DNA of 64,000 nt, taken from contig JAYZFG010000015.1 in NCBI GenBank assembly GCA_036336885.1, forward strand, positions 70,813 to 134,812, written 5' to 3'. This document shows, piece after piece, positions 40,007 to 49,590 of this stretch. Position numbers and translations under genes: made by a program. A model generated the notes under the pieces. That model saw nothing but the letters and a program-made list of their open reading frames with translations, did no database searches and had not been told where the DNA came from. The stretch's first letter is position 1. Each line of letters begins with the position of its first letter. Source of the DNA: Pseudomonadota bacterium (lineage in GTDB: Bacteria; Pseudomonadota; Alphaproteobacteria; MPNO01; UBA2964).

Positions 40007-40996
40007 TTGTCCAAGGCGATCAGAATTCATGAGTATGGCGGTCCGGAAGTCTTGCGCTATGAAAATCTCGACATTGGAGACCCAAATTTAGGCGAAGTTA
40101 GAATTCGTCATACCGCCATAGGTCTCAATTATGCTGATATTCATACCAGAAATGGGCGTTACCCCCTTACAAAATTACCAAGCGTAATCGGTGGCGAGGG
40201 CTGCGGAGTAATTGAGGCATTGGGCCCCGGCGTCACAGATTATTCGATAGGTGATAGGATAGCGTATTCAAGTGGAGGTCACTCACTCCCCCGGGGTTCA
40301 TACTGCGAGCAGCGCATCATGAGCACCGAACGTTTAATTAAATTGCCGAATGAAATTAGTGATTCTCAAGCCGCCGCCGTGGTGACAAAGGGTTTGACCG
40401 CACAATATCTCATTCACGACTGCCACCCAGTCAGTGAACGAGACACTATTCTCGTCCATTCCGCTGCCGGTGGTGTCGGAATGATCATTACGCAGTGGGC
40501 TCAAACAACCGGCGCGCATGTTATAGGCGTGGTCAGTTCAAACGAAAAAGCACATTTCGCTGCCCAGTATGGCTGCCACGATGTTATCATCAGTACCAGT
40601 GAAAACATTCCCGAACGTGCGCGAGCCCTGACAGATGGCGTTGGGGTAACAGCGGTGTTTGATGCGGTGGGAGCTGATTCTTTCGAGTCCTCACTCGCCT
40701 CTCTGCGGCCCTGCGGTAACCTCGTTACATACGGATCTTCTTCTGGTCCAGTGCCGCCCTTTGATATTTTCCGGCTTAATGAAATGGGGTCACTCAAAAT
40801 TACAGCTGGAGCCTTTTACTGGCATATGCAGACGGGCAATGAAATCAGAGCGCGAGCAAAGAGCCTGTTTAACATGGTTTCCAGTGGTGCCGTGAAAATT
40901 GTTATCAGCAACGAATATTCTCTCGCCGATGCCGCTGACGCGCACCGAGCGATGGAATCGCGTTCGACATTAGGTATGACTATCCTGATCCCATAA
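40007..40996 (+). CDS. NADPH:quinone oxidoreductase / zeta-crystallin-type medium-chain dehydrogenase
   Basis: 329 aa with a TTG start. It has AIRIHEYGGPEVL, GLNYADI, VHSAAGGVGM (cofactor loop) and no structural-zinc Cys cluster. Confidence 0.88.
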   Translation: MSKAIRIHEYGGPEVLRYENLDIGDPNLGEVRIRHTAIGLNYADIHTRNGRYPLTKLPSVIGGEGCGVIEALGPGVTDYSIGDRIAYSSGGHSLPRGSYCEQRIMSTERLIKLPNEISDSQAAAVVTKGLTAQYLIHDCHPVSERDTILVHSAAGGVGMIITQWAQTTGAHVIGVVSSNEKAHFAAQYGCHDVIISTSENIPERARALTDGVGVTAVFDAVGADSFESSLASLRPCGNLVTYGSSSGPVPPFDIFRLNEMGSLKITAGAFYWHMQTGNEIRARAKSLFNMVSSGAVKIVISNEYSLADAADAHRAMESRSTLGMTILIP

Positions 40997-41009
40997 ATGT
41001 GAGGAAAAA

Positions 41010-41747
41010 ATGAGTTTTTCAAGCTGGCGAGGCACTGTTGGACTTATCAAACCGACCATGCGGCCTGGTTCCATGGAAGAGACTGTTCGGCTGCTTCCCA
41101 AGGGCGTTGGATTGATACCCATCCACCAGAATGTACAGCAGGGCTCTGCGGTCGAATTTAAGAACGCAATTCAGGGTTATCACGATAATGCCCTTATTCT
41201 TGCTCGCGCAGGCGTTGATTTAATTCATCATTCAGGTACACCCCCCTTTATGATGTTAGGCGTCAAGGGTGAGAACAAAATCATCCGGAAATGGGAGCGG
41301 GAAATGAATATTCCCCATTTCACAGCAAATCAAAATATTACCCGCGCCCTCAAAGCCCTAGGAGCAAAAAAAATTGTTGGCGTCAGCTATTCAAAACTTC
41401 AAAACGAACTCACCCGCGATTACATGTTAGAAGCCGGATTCGATGTTTTAGCCATGGAACCCCTACCAGTACCCTTCGAAAAGGCTGGCGAAATACCGCC
41501 AGAGCGGGTTTATTCTCTCGTCCGCGATACCCTTCTCGCCAACCCTAAAGCCCAAGCAATTTATCTACAGGGAAACGCTTGGCGATTACTCAGTATCGTA
41601 GAACAAATGGAACAAGATTTTGGCATACCTGTAATAGAAACGTGCGCTGCCCTTTGTTGGGAAATTCAACATCGTCTACATATTCGAGAACCCCGGAAAG
41701 GATCCGGTATACTATTACGCGACCTACCTAAACTCCAAAACAGCTAA
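41010..41747 (+). CDS. Asp/Glu/hydantoin-racemase-superfamily protein (maleate isomerase / arylmalonate decarboxylase fold), both catalytic Cys positions apparently Gly
   Basis: 245 aa. Length and strand/helix pattern (GTVGLIKPT..., KKIVGVSYS, GIPVIET) fit the maleate-isomerase fold. The two strand-end positions read HHSGTPP and YLQGNAW instead of Cys. Confidence 0.65.
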   Translation: MSFSSWRGTVGLIKPTMRPGSMEETVRLLPKGVGLIPIHQNVQQGSAVEFKNAIQGYHDNALILARAGVDLIHHSGTPPFMMLGVKGENKIIRKWEREMNIPHFTANQNITRALKALGAKKIVGVSYSKLQNELTRDYMLEAGFDVLAMEPLPVPFEKAGEIPPERVYSLVRDTLLANPKAQAIYLQGNAWRLLSIVEQMEQDFGIPVIETCAALCWEIQHRLHIREPRKGSGILLRDLPKLQNS

Positions 41748-42979
41748 GCGGGGGCATCGGTTCGCCTACCGGAGCTATCTACAAAACCTTTAACGCTTTT
41801 CAACGGCTGTCCAAGTAGACGCGCCTCTAACCAATCAGCCAAATAATCCTTTGGGTTATCACCTAACGCCACAGAGCTAGAATCTGCTACTGAATGATTA
41901 GCACCTTCATAAACTACAATTTCCTTTGGAGCAGTTATAAGATCAAATATATTGTAACTATGCTCGACTGGGCTCAATTGATCCTGCTCCCCAGCCAATA
42001 TCAGGACGGGACAGGTAATCGCTGGAACAAATGGGCGGAGATCAATGGTCTTGGCGAATTTATCAAATTCTGCCTCATTCTCATAATCTGCCATCCACAT
42101 ATACCTCAACTTAAAAGATGGTGAAGCCATATTAAAAATGGTATCGCAGCCGGGCTCGTGACAAACTCCGCTGACTGCAACGCCTTTTATACGGTCGCCA
42201 AGGGCTGCTGCCCACTGCAAGCCCCAATAAGTTCCAAAACTAGTCCCCCTTACCAGAAGTTTACCTGAATCAATGGCCGGATGTACATCCAGCCAATCAG
42301 CCACTATTTTCGCGGCATCCATATGGTTTGAATTTGTCACAAAGATCCCAAGGGCGACACTCTCTGCTTGTCCAGGGCCATCAATACTCAATACCGCGAT
42401 ACCGCGCTCCAAGTAGGAATCACCATACATATTTACCCCGGTTTCCTTGCTTGAATCCATGCCGGGGATATTCACTACGCATGGGAATGTTTCTCCGGGT
42501 TGGGGTTTTCTTGGCAGATGAAGGTAGCCGGGGAGTTCTTTTCCCTCAAACGGTATCCTTACCTTTTCAACTGGATGGGGAGCGTATTCGATAAACTTAG
42601 AAAAGCAATGGTTCATCTTATTCTCTAGATGCTCTAGCTCTTCATTAGTTTCAAAGATCGGCCAACGCCCAGCCGCCCAAAGCAACGCTGCCGTCATATA
42701 GCTCTCTCGTGCCGAGACAAGGCGACCTGATTCTTCAAAAGATAACGCCTTTGCCTCTCTTTTTTTTGCAGCATTGGAAAATTCGCGAACAAAATCTCCA
42801 ACCCGTTTGATTTTTGAGCCAACTGTCCTAAATTCTGCTGCAGCCTGGGCCCCTCCTGGGGCTGCTCCATATCGGAGACGACCCTGATCCCATTCGACCC
42901 CTACCGTGCGGATAACCGCGTCCAGGATCCAGCGCTGTTCCCGCCAACGCGCCATGCGTCCATCTGCTTTTGCTGACAT
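41744..42979 (-). CDS. Alpha/beta hydrolase, FrsA / DHPON-hydrolase-like (paralogue of 33226-34293)
   Basis: 411 aa with VRIPFEGKELPGYLHLP...VVNIPGMDSSKE, IDGPGQAE, the nucleophile GTSFGT, ITCPVLILAGEQD and GANH. Confidence 0.7.
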   Translation of the reverse strand: MSAKADGRMARWREQRWILDAVIRTVGVEWDQGRLRYGAAPGGAQAAAEFRTVGSKIKRVGDFVREFSNAAKKREAKALSFEESGRLVSARESYMTAALLWAAGRWPIFETNEELEHLENKMNHCFSKFIEYAPHPVEKVRIPFEGKELPGYLHLPRKPQPGETFPCVVNIPGMDSSKETGVNMYGDSYLERGIAVLSIDGPGQAESVALGIFVTNSNHMDAAKIVADWLDVHPAIDSGKLLVRGTSFGTYWGLQWAAALGDRIKGVAVSGVCHEPGCDTIFNMASPSFKLRYMWMADYENEAEFDKFAKTIDLRPFVPAITCPVLILAGEQDQLSPVEHSYNIFDLITAPKEIVVYEGANHSVADSSSVALGDNPKDYLADWLEARLLGQPLKSVKGFVDSSGRRTDAPA

Positions 42980-43154
42980 ACTTTTCTCCTGAATTATCTT
43001 TAATAAAAGACGCTACGCTTAGAATTATATACCCGCAAGGGTTGGCCCAAATAATTTCCATTATTGCTGGTTGATACAACTGAAAACCCTGTATTAATGA
43101 TGGACGGCCAGACGTAGCTATTTATATTTAAGGCTTAAAAATATTAGGACATTA

Positions 43155-44651
43155 ATGATGAGAAATTTAACACACTGGATTGACGGCAAACATATCAAAG
43201 GGTCCTCGTCTAACGTTGCTGACGTCTATAACCCAGCAACGGGCGAAATTCAGTCTCAGGTTCCTCTTGCGTCAAAGGGGGAGATTGAAGCAGCGGTAAC
43301 GGCGGCTAAAAACGCCCTTCCAGAGTGGTCAGGGACCCCTCCCCTGACACGCGCAAGAATCATGTTTAAATATAAAGAGTTGATAGAGAAAAACGCTGAC
43401 GATATTGCAGCTATTATAACCTCGGAACATGGCAAAGTTATTTCTGATGCCCATGGCTCGCTCACACGTGGCTTAGAGGTGGTTGAATTCGCATGCGGTA
43501 TTCCGCAGCTTCTGAAAGGGGAATATACCGAGCAGGTCGGAAGGGGAATCGACGCCTGGACATTTCGACAACCTGTTGGTGTCTGCGCCGGAATCACTCC
43601 CTTTAATTTTCCGGCCATGGTGCCCATGTGGATGTTTCCCGTAGCCATCGCCTGCGGGAATACATTTATCTTGAAGCCATCGGAAAAAGACCCTTCCTGT
43701 GCTTTACGCCTGGCAGAACTCGCTAAAGAGGCTGGCCTCCCTGATGGCGTGTTGAACGTTGTTAATGGTGACAAGGTGGCAGTGGATGCAATTATAGAGA
43801 ATCCGGATATCGCTGCTGTTAGCTTTGTTGGGTCCACACCAATCGCAAAATACATTTATTCAAATTCTGCGAAAAACGGGAAAAGGGTCCAAGCGCTGGG
43901 CGGCGCTAAGAATCACATGGTCGTCATGCCAGATGCCGACATGAACCAAGCGGCAGACGCTCTGATGGGTGCCGCATATGGTTCAGCCGGTGAACGGTGT
44001 ATGGCCATTTCCGTGGCCGTCGCAGTGGGAGACGCCGGTGACAGATTGATGAATTTGCTAAAACCAAAAGTCGAAGCTCTAAAAATTGGCCCCGGAACAG
44101 ACGCCAATATGGATATGGGTCCGCTCGTTACAAAGCAACATCTAGATAAAGTAAAAGGATATGTGAATATAGGGCTAGACGAGGGAGCAGAGTTGGTAGT
44201 AGACGGCCGTGATTATTCTTTACAGGGATACGAAAACGGATTTTTTATGGGTGGCTGTCTGTTTGATAATGTGCGGACAGAAATGCAGATCTATCAGGAA
44301 GAAATTTTTGGCCCGGTTTTGTCGGTTGTCAGATCACCCGACTTCAATGATGCCGTGAAGATCATTAATCAACATCAATTCGGCAACGGGGTATCTATTT
44401 TTACCCGAGACGGTGATGCGGCACGAGAGTTTACCAATCAAATTCAAGTCGGAATGGTTGGTATAAACGTTCCAATACCGGTGCCCATGGCATTTCATTC
44501 CTTTGGTGGCTGGAAAGATTCTTTATTTGGTGATCTCCACGTACATGGTCCTGAGGGTGTTCGATTTTATACCAAGCAAAAAGCCGTCACCTCACGTTGG
44601 CCAACAGGTATACGCTCTGGCGCCGAATTTACAATGCCAACCGTAAAATAA
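43155..44651 (+). CDS. mmsA: Methylmalonate/malonate-semialdehyde dehydrogenase (CoA-acylating)
   Basis: 498 aa and strongly MmsA-like throughout: [40 protein letters not shown], catalytic-Cys region GERCMA, and the C-terminal [13 protein letters not shown]. Confidence 0.92.
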   Translation: MMRNLTHWIDGKHIKGSSSNVADVYNPATGEIQSQVPLASKGEIEAAVTAAKNALPEWSGTPPLTRARIMFKYKELIEKNADDIAAIITSEHGKVISDAHGSLTRGLEVVEFACGIPQLLKGEYTEQVGRGIDAWTFRQPVGVCAGITPFNFPAMVPMWMFPVAIACGNTFILKPSEKDPSCALRLAELAKEAGLPDGVLNVVNGDKVAVDAIIENPDIAAVSFVGSTPIAKYIYSNSAKNGKRVQALGGAKNHMVVMPDADMNQAADALMGAAYGSAGERCMAISVAVAVGDAGDRLMNLLKPKVEALKIGPGTDANMDMGPLVTKQHLDKVKGYVNIGLDEGAELVVDGRDYSLQGYENGFFMGGCLFDNVRTEMQIYQEEIFGPVLSVVRSPDFNDAVKIINQHQFGNGVSIFTRDGDAAREFTNQIQVGMVGINVPIPVPMAFHSFGGWKDSLFGDLHVHGPEGVRFYTKQKAVTSRWPTGIRSGAEFTMPTVK

Positions 44652-44700
44652 AGGCTAGACTGGGGTTTATCTTCAACTTCACTCTCATAAAAATTATTAT

Positions 44701-45651
44701 TTAATGTCTTCCTGCTGCAGACATTGAAGGTCGAATCTTATCATCTTTCATCTGGCGAATACCATCTGGTAAGTGCCACTCAGAAAACCTGTTGATCCGA
44801 TAATTGTGCGGCTTCCAATCTTCCGTGACATAATCTGAGTCGGTAAAATATTCGATGGCACCACCACAAGGCGATTTAAAATACCAAAAATACGCCGAGG
44901 AAATAGGGTGTCGACCTGGTCCTACCTCAGTCTCCCATCCCTTTTTATCAAAAGCCACGCCACCACCAAAAACCTCGTGAATATCCCGCACTTCAAATGC
45001 GGTATGATGATAGCGTTTATTACCGTCTGCACTCCAAATCATAAAAAGGTTGTGATGTTGGCTTTTTGCAGCACAGCGGAGAAAGATTGCCGCCCCACCA
45101 GCATAACGATCTGACAACCAAAAGCCCAAACGATCTTTATAAAAATGTTCAGCAGCTTTTAAATTGGGCAGTACGAAGCCAATATGCCCCATTCGAATAG
45201 GTCGCGCGTCATTATAAAAGGTACTTATTTCATCGATGCGTTCAGCTTTATCGAAAGAATTTATTTTTGTGCGTGCACCGTCGATCTTTGTGCGGGGACG
45301 CCATAACCGGAAGCCCACGCCAATCCCGTTAGGATCCAAGCAATGTAGCGTGCCATCTTTATCTTCAGCGACCTCACGATCCTTAGATAATTCCCGTTTA
45401 ATAGACGCTAGATGTTTCTTAGATGACACACCCCAAACCATCTCCCGAAAATGCATATCAAGGGCCGCAGCCGGCGGCAGACCTTTTGATTTAGGAGTTT
45501 TAAGCTCAACTCGGCTACCGATTTTAGTTTCGAATATAGAATGGCTGGGGGTTGCCTTGATCTTGCGCAAGCCCCAGTCACTATAAAACTTCTGCGCCTC
45601 TTTCATATTGGGCGCCGCAAAAAGAGTTGTATGAAGACCTGTAAAAGCCAT
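44701..45651 (-). CDS. Two-domain VOC-superfamily extradiol ring-cleavage dioxygenase-like protein
   Basis: The track ORF starts at TTG 45663. ATG 45651 has GAGGGG 5 nt upstream and gives 316 aa. The metal-ligand pattern is MGHIGFV, HHTAFEV and GGAIEYFTD. Confidence 0.8.
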   Translation of the reverse strand: MAFTGLHTTLFAAPNMKEAQKFYSDWGLRKIKATPSHSIFETKIGSRVELKTPKSKGLPPAAALDMHFREMVWGVSSKKHLASIKRELSKDREVAEDKDGTLHCLDPNGIGVGFRLWRPRTKIDGARTKINSFDKAERIDEISTFYNDARPIRMGHIGFVLPNLKAAEHFYKDRLGFWLSDRYAGGAAIFLRCAAKSQHHNLFMIWSADGNKRYHHTAFEVRDIHEVFGGGVAFDKKGWETEVGPGRHPISSAYFWYFKSPCGGAIEYFTDSDYVTEDWKPHNYRINRFSEWHLPDGIRQMKDDKIRPSMSAAGRH

Positions 45652-45750
45652 GTTGCCCCTCAACTATTAACCTGTTTGTAAAATAGTCTTGTTTCTTAAA
45701 TATAGGCTAAGGGACCATTAAGGTAACGGCAAGGGATTGATGCGTTTCGT

Positions 45751-47274
45751 TTATGTAAGGCCTCCGTCCCCGTAATGGGTTCGAGCAATAAAACGCTGCA
45801 ACCCCAAATTTGTATCCCAAACTCGCTGGTGAGCGTCCATCAAGTACGGAAGGGCAACCTCGCGATTTTTAACCACATCCTCATATTCAGGAATAAAGCT
45901 TTTCATCAAATCGGATACCTCTTTTCTCAGATCTTCTTCATTGATCGTCTGAACAATCCGGTCTTTCATCACAACTTTCCCATCTATGATGACCGTATCA
46001 ATAGAACGACCCGTTTCGCTATAAACCAGTTGGCGGGCTGCGCTGTTATAGGGGAGATAGGCTGTATCATTCATATCAATAAGCATCATGTCTGCTTTAT
46101 AGCCGGGTTTTAGTGCTCCAATCTGGTCTTCCATACACGCAGAGCGCGCGCTGCCAAGAGTACCATGTCTAAGAGCCTCCTGACTTAGGGGTGTACCAGG
46201 CGTTGGGTCACTAACAGATCCAAGCATGCAATAAGCTTTCATAGCCTGAAACATATTTTGTACATCGCTACCCGAGCAATTATCGCAACCAAGCCCGACA
46301 CGCATACCCGCATCACGCATATCTCTCATTGGCGAGATTCCGCTTTTTAACTTCATGTTGCTATTGAAACAAAGAATTGCCCCGGCATCTGCTGCTGCCA
46401 TCTGGTCCATTTCCTCGCGGGAAATCCAAACTGAGTGCGCAATATTAAGTCGATGATTAAGCATTCCTGCGGTATCAAGATACTTAATAAAGGAGCCCCC
46501 ATATTCACCATACATCTCACGTGCCATAACTACCTGACCGCGCGTCTCATATACATGAATATAAATTCCTAGATCATGGCGTTCAGCTATATCAGCACAG
46601 CCTGAAAGCAACTCTATCGTGCACCGTTGTGGTGCAAAGGGACCCACCGCCCAATGGGTAACACCCTTGGCGGGTCTCCGCCGAATTTGCGTCTCCAGCA
46701 TGTTAAGTTGTTCGCCCGGGTCTCCGGCTTCGGTACCCATCATTTCCTGTATTTCTGGAGGTAGTAAATCTCGATAGCGAAGCATTGCTACAGCAGGAAT
46801 ATCAAAAACCATCGGTGAAAAAATGACCCGCTCGCCGATTTCCTCGTAGGCATCAAGAACCACGTCAATATTTTCTTCCGTCATGGGAATAAGCCCAAGC
46901 ATATCTTGGACGGTTGTGATACCACAGCGCATCGACTCAAGTGCACCGACCAGAGTACGCAGGCGAATTTCCTCCCGTGACCGAAATGTTCCCATGGGCA
47001 AGGTGTAAAGTAACCAGAATTCTAATGGTAGATCCTCAAATAGACCACGACACAGTGTATCGTGTGAATGATAATGCGCGTTGATCAAGCCCGGGACCAC
47101 GAGATGGTTAGACGCATCCAAGATTTCTGCATTAGCTATTTTTTCCGCTGCCAGATCATTTCCGATAGCTGAAATTTCATCACCATCGATTAAAATATCG
47201 CCTTTGACAGGTTTGTGGACGTCACCGTCATGGTCATAAACTAGACCACCCTTGATCAGCATTTTTTGCGTCAT
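45751..47274 (-). CDS. Amidohydrolase (TRZ/ATZ, cytosine/guanine-deaminase-like subgroup)
   Basis: The track ORF starts at 47334. ATG 47274 gives the typical start MTQKMLIKGGLVYD. PGLINAHYHSHD (HxH), IYIHVYET, NIAHSVW and GLGCDN are present. Confidence 0.8.
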   Translation of the reverse strand: MTQKMLIKGGLVYDHDGDVHKPVKGDILIDGDEISAIGNDLAAEKIANAEILDASNHLVVPGLINAHYHSHDTLCRGLFEDLPLEFWLLYTLPMGTFRSREEIRLRTLVGALESMRCGITTVQDMLGLIPMTEENIDVVLDAYEEIGERVIFSPMVFDIPAVAMLRYRDLLPPEIQEMMGTEAGDPGEQLNMLETQIRRRPAKGVTHWAVGPFAPQRCTIELLSGCADIAERHDLGIYIHVYETRGQVVMAREMYGEYGGSFIKYLDTAGMLNHRLNIAHSVWISREEMDQMAAADAGAILCFNSNMKLKSGISPMRDMRDAGMRVGLGCDNCSGSDVQNMFQAMKAYCMLGSVSDPTPGTPLSQEALRHGTLGSARSACMEDQIGALKPGYKADMMLIDMNDTAYLPYNSAARQLVYSETGRSIDTVIIDGKVVMKDRIVQTINEEDLRKEVSDLMKSFIPEYEDVVKNREVALPYLMDAHQRVWDTNLGLQRFIARTHYGDGGLT

Positions 47275-47313
47275 TTTTTCTGCCCTTTTCACTTCAACCA
47301 ACAGGAAGCTATC

Positions 47314-48654
47314 ATGCACACTGTTTTGCTTCAAACCTCTCTATCAATAAGTGGAAAAATGCCTAAACCAAACTTGAATAAATATAGTGCCACTGAAGTC
47401 GTAAAAATGATCGCCGAAGGATCGACCACTTCAGAGGCGGTGACACAGGCATGCCTCGAACGTATCGCCTGCCGCGAGGAGACAGTGAGAGCGTGGGCCT
47501 ATATTGACCCGGAGTATGCCCTGGCACAGGCACGTATCCGGGATAATACACCTACAAAAGGGGTGCTTCATGGTCTTCCAATAGGTGTAAAGGACGTCAT
47601 CGACACATCCGACATGCCGACACAGATGGAATCCATCATCTATGATCAATATCAACCTAAAACTGATGCCGCATGCGTAGCAATCCTGAGGGCTGCGGGT
47701 GCAGTCATTTTAGGTAAAACTGTTACATGCGAATTTGCTGGTTCTCATCCCGGAGCAACCACTAACCCACATAACCCCGACCACACCCCGGGTGGCTCTT
47801 CAAGCGGTTCGGGCGCTGCCGTTGCGGACTACATGGTATATGGAGCATTTGGTACGCAAACCGGAGGTTCTATTCTTCGACCAGCTAGCTTCTGCGGTAC
47901 GGTAGGTTATAAACCAACATACAACCTAATAAACCGGGCAGGACTAATGTTCGCTGCCGAAAATCTTGACACTATTGGACTTCTGACACGCTCGGTTGAT
48001 GATGTCGATCTACTCATGTGCGCCCTCTTGAATCGACCAAAGTCAAAAACGTTTCCAGCCGACGCCAGACCAAAAATAGGGCTGTGCCATACTCATCACT
48101 GGGACCTCGCACAACCTGAAACTGTGGACGCGATAGATGATAGCGTCCATCGGCTTAAATCTCTCGGAGCTGAGATTATTGATCTCACATTGCCAGCATC
48201 TTTTGCGGAACTGGCTAGGGCACGCAATACGCTGAATGATTTTGAACGCAGTCGCGTATTGGCTGATTTATGGCAGAATCACCGTAACCAGCTAAGCGAT
48301 AAAATAGCGCGACAGCTGGAAAACGGCACAACGATGGAATATTCAAAATATCTGGAAGCCGTTATAATGACAAATAAGTGTCGTGCAATGCTTGATGATG
48401 TCTTTGATGATATAGATTTTATTCTGGCACCAGCGGCGACAGGGGAAGCACCAGGAGGACTCGGCTATACCGGGGATCCACAATTTCAAGGTTGCTGGAC
48501 TATTTTACATGTTCCGACAATTTCTGTGCCTACCCATGTAGGGCCAAATAGTCTGCCAGTTGGTATCCAGCTTATCGGGAGACGGTGGCAAGATGAAATA
48601 TTACTCAGCTGGTCGCGTTGGGTTATGAATCAATTAGGAGACTGGCGTGGTTAA
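47314..48654 (+). CDS. Amidase (amidase-signature family), second copy
   Basis: It has GLPIGVKDVIDT and the signature TPGGSSSGSGAAVADY...GTQTGGSILRPASFCG. The start is uncertain. ATG 47314 has AGGAAG 5 nt upstream. ATG 47359 is an alternative, and the track start 47266 would overlap the divergent gene. Confidence 0.85.
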   Translation: MHTVLLQTSLSISGKMPKPNLNKYSATEVVKMIAEGSTTSEAVTQACLERIACREETVRAWAYIDPEYALAQARIRDNTPTKGVLHGLPIGVKDVIDTSDMPTQMESIIYDQYQPKTDAACVAILRAAGAVILGKTVTCEFAGSHPGATTNPHNPDHTPGGSSSGSGAAVADYMVYGAFGTQTGGSILRPASFCGTVGYKPTYNLINRAGLMFAAENLDTIGLLTRSVDDVDLLMCALLNRPKSKTFPADARPKIGLCHTHHWDLAQPETVDAIDDSVHRLKSLGAEIIDLTLPASFAELARARNTLNDFERSRVLADLWQNHRNQLSDKIARQLENGTTMEYSKYLEAVIMTNKCRAMLDDVFDDIDFILAPAATGEAPGGLGYTGDPQFQGCWTILHVPTISVPTHVGPNSLPVGIQLIGRRWQDEILLSWSRWVMNQLGDWRG

Positions 48655-49487
48655 CCAGCGCCGATTAAGCTATTCCCCTCCACTTTACCACGTTTTAACA
48701 GGCGTCTTTGATTCACAGGAAATTCTCTTCTAGCGTGAACCGAACAACGATTATCCCAGACAACATAATCGCCAAGCTGCCACTCATGTTCATAATCGAC
48801 ACGCTCGATATAGGGAAATAATTCCGCTAGCAATTGATCACTTTCAATTTGTGTACAGCCATCAATTGCAGCAGTCATTAACCGATCAACATACAGTGCC
48901 TTGCGTCCGGTTGCTGGGTGCCGCACTACTGCCGGTTGCCAAAAATGGGGTGTCTCATCCAGCCCAGTAAGCCTTGGTTTGGTTCGGACTGTATAGTCAT
49001 AAACCTGCAATACCCTTCGCCCGGAAACCAATTTTTTTAGTTTGTCTGGAAGAGCCTCATAGGCTTCGTAGCAATTCCCAAACAAGGTGTTACCACCCGC
49101 CGACGGTAATTCGACAGCATAAAGCCATGTCGCTTTATCCGGTGCCTCAGTAAAAGAATTATCATGGTGAAACCACATTTCACCATCTCCGAGTGCGCCA
49201 ATCGGCATTCCTGAGTCATCAAGAATATTAGAAACCTTTTGGATTTCCGTATCCTCATCTCCTCGACGTTCTCTCGGCATAGAAATTTTGGACGTCTCGC
49301 CGAGCCAGGAGGCACTACCCTTGAGCTGCAGGTCGTCCATAATCTGATCACGAAACACTAACACTACATGTTGATGCCAAGCATCTAAAAGTATTTTACT
49401 TTCCGCAGCGCCAAGTGGTCGAGCTAAGTCAACACCACAAATTTGGGCAGCCATGGTTTCACTAAAGGGTATAACTTCAACAGCCAT
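48651..49487 (-). CDS. TauD/TfdA-family Fe(II)/2-oxoglutarate dioxygenase
   Basis: 278 aa with GVDLARPL, MWFHHDNSF (HxD), VWDNRCSVHAR (distal His, Arg). Confidence 0.85.
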   Translation of the reverse strand: MAVEVIPFSETMAAQICGVDLARPLGAAESKILLDAWHQHVVLVFRDQIMDDLQLKGSASWLGETSKISMPRERRGDEDTEIQKVSNILDDSGMPIGALGDGEMWFHHDNSFTEAPDKATWLYAVELPSAGGNTLFGNCYEAYEALPDKLKKLVSGRRVLQVYDYTVRTKPRLTGLDETPHFWQPAVVRHPATGRKALYVDRLMTAAIDGCTQIESDQLLAELFPYIERVDYEHEWQLGDYVVWDNRCSVHARREFPVNQRRLLKRGKVEGNSLIGAG

Positions 49488-49590
49488 GTATCGAAAATAG
49501 TACCAGGAGCCTAAAGCTGCAATCGGATCTTGCCGATAACATATGGCAATGCCATGCTGATCTCATCAATACCTATAGGACCCATCAAAT

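Noticed and set aside
43256-43855. 199-aa ORF on the minus strand inside mmsA.
   Set aside because: It lies entirely antisense to a gene with strong, full-length MmsA identity. Its product is Ala/Ser/Pro/Gly-rich with no motif, and this is the typical shadow-ORF pattern. The same reasoning applies to 5851-6234, 16700-17059, 23930-24265, 28692-29186, 36633-37022, 36859-37266, 40501-40797 and 55312-55718.
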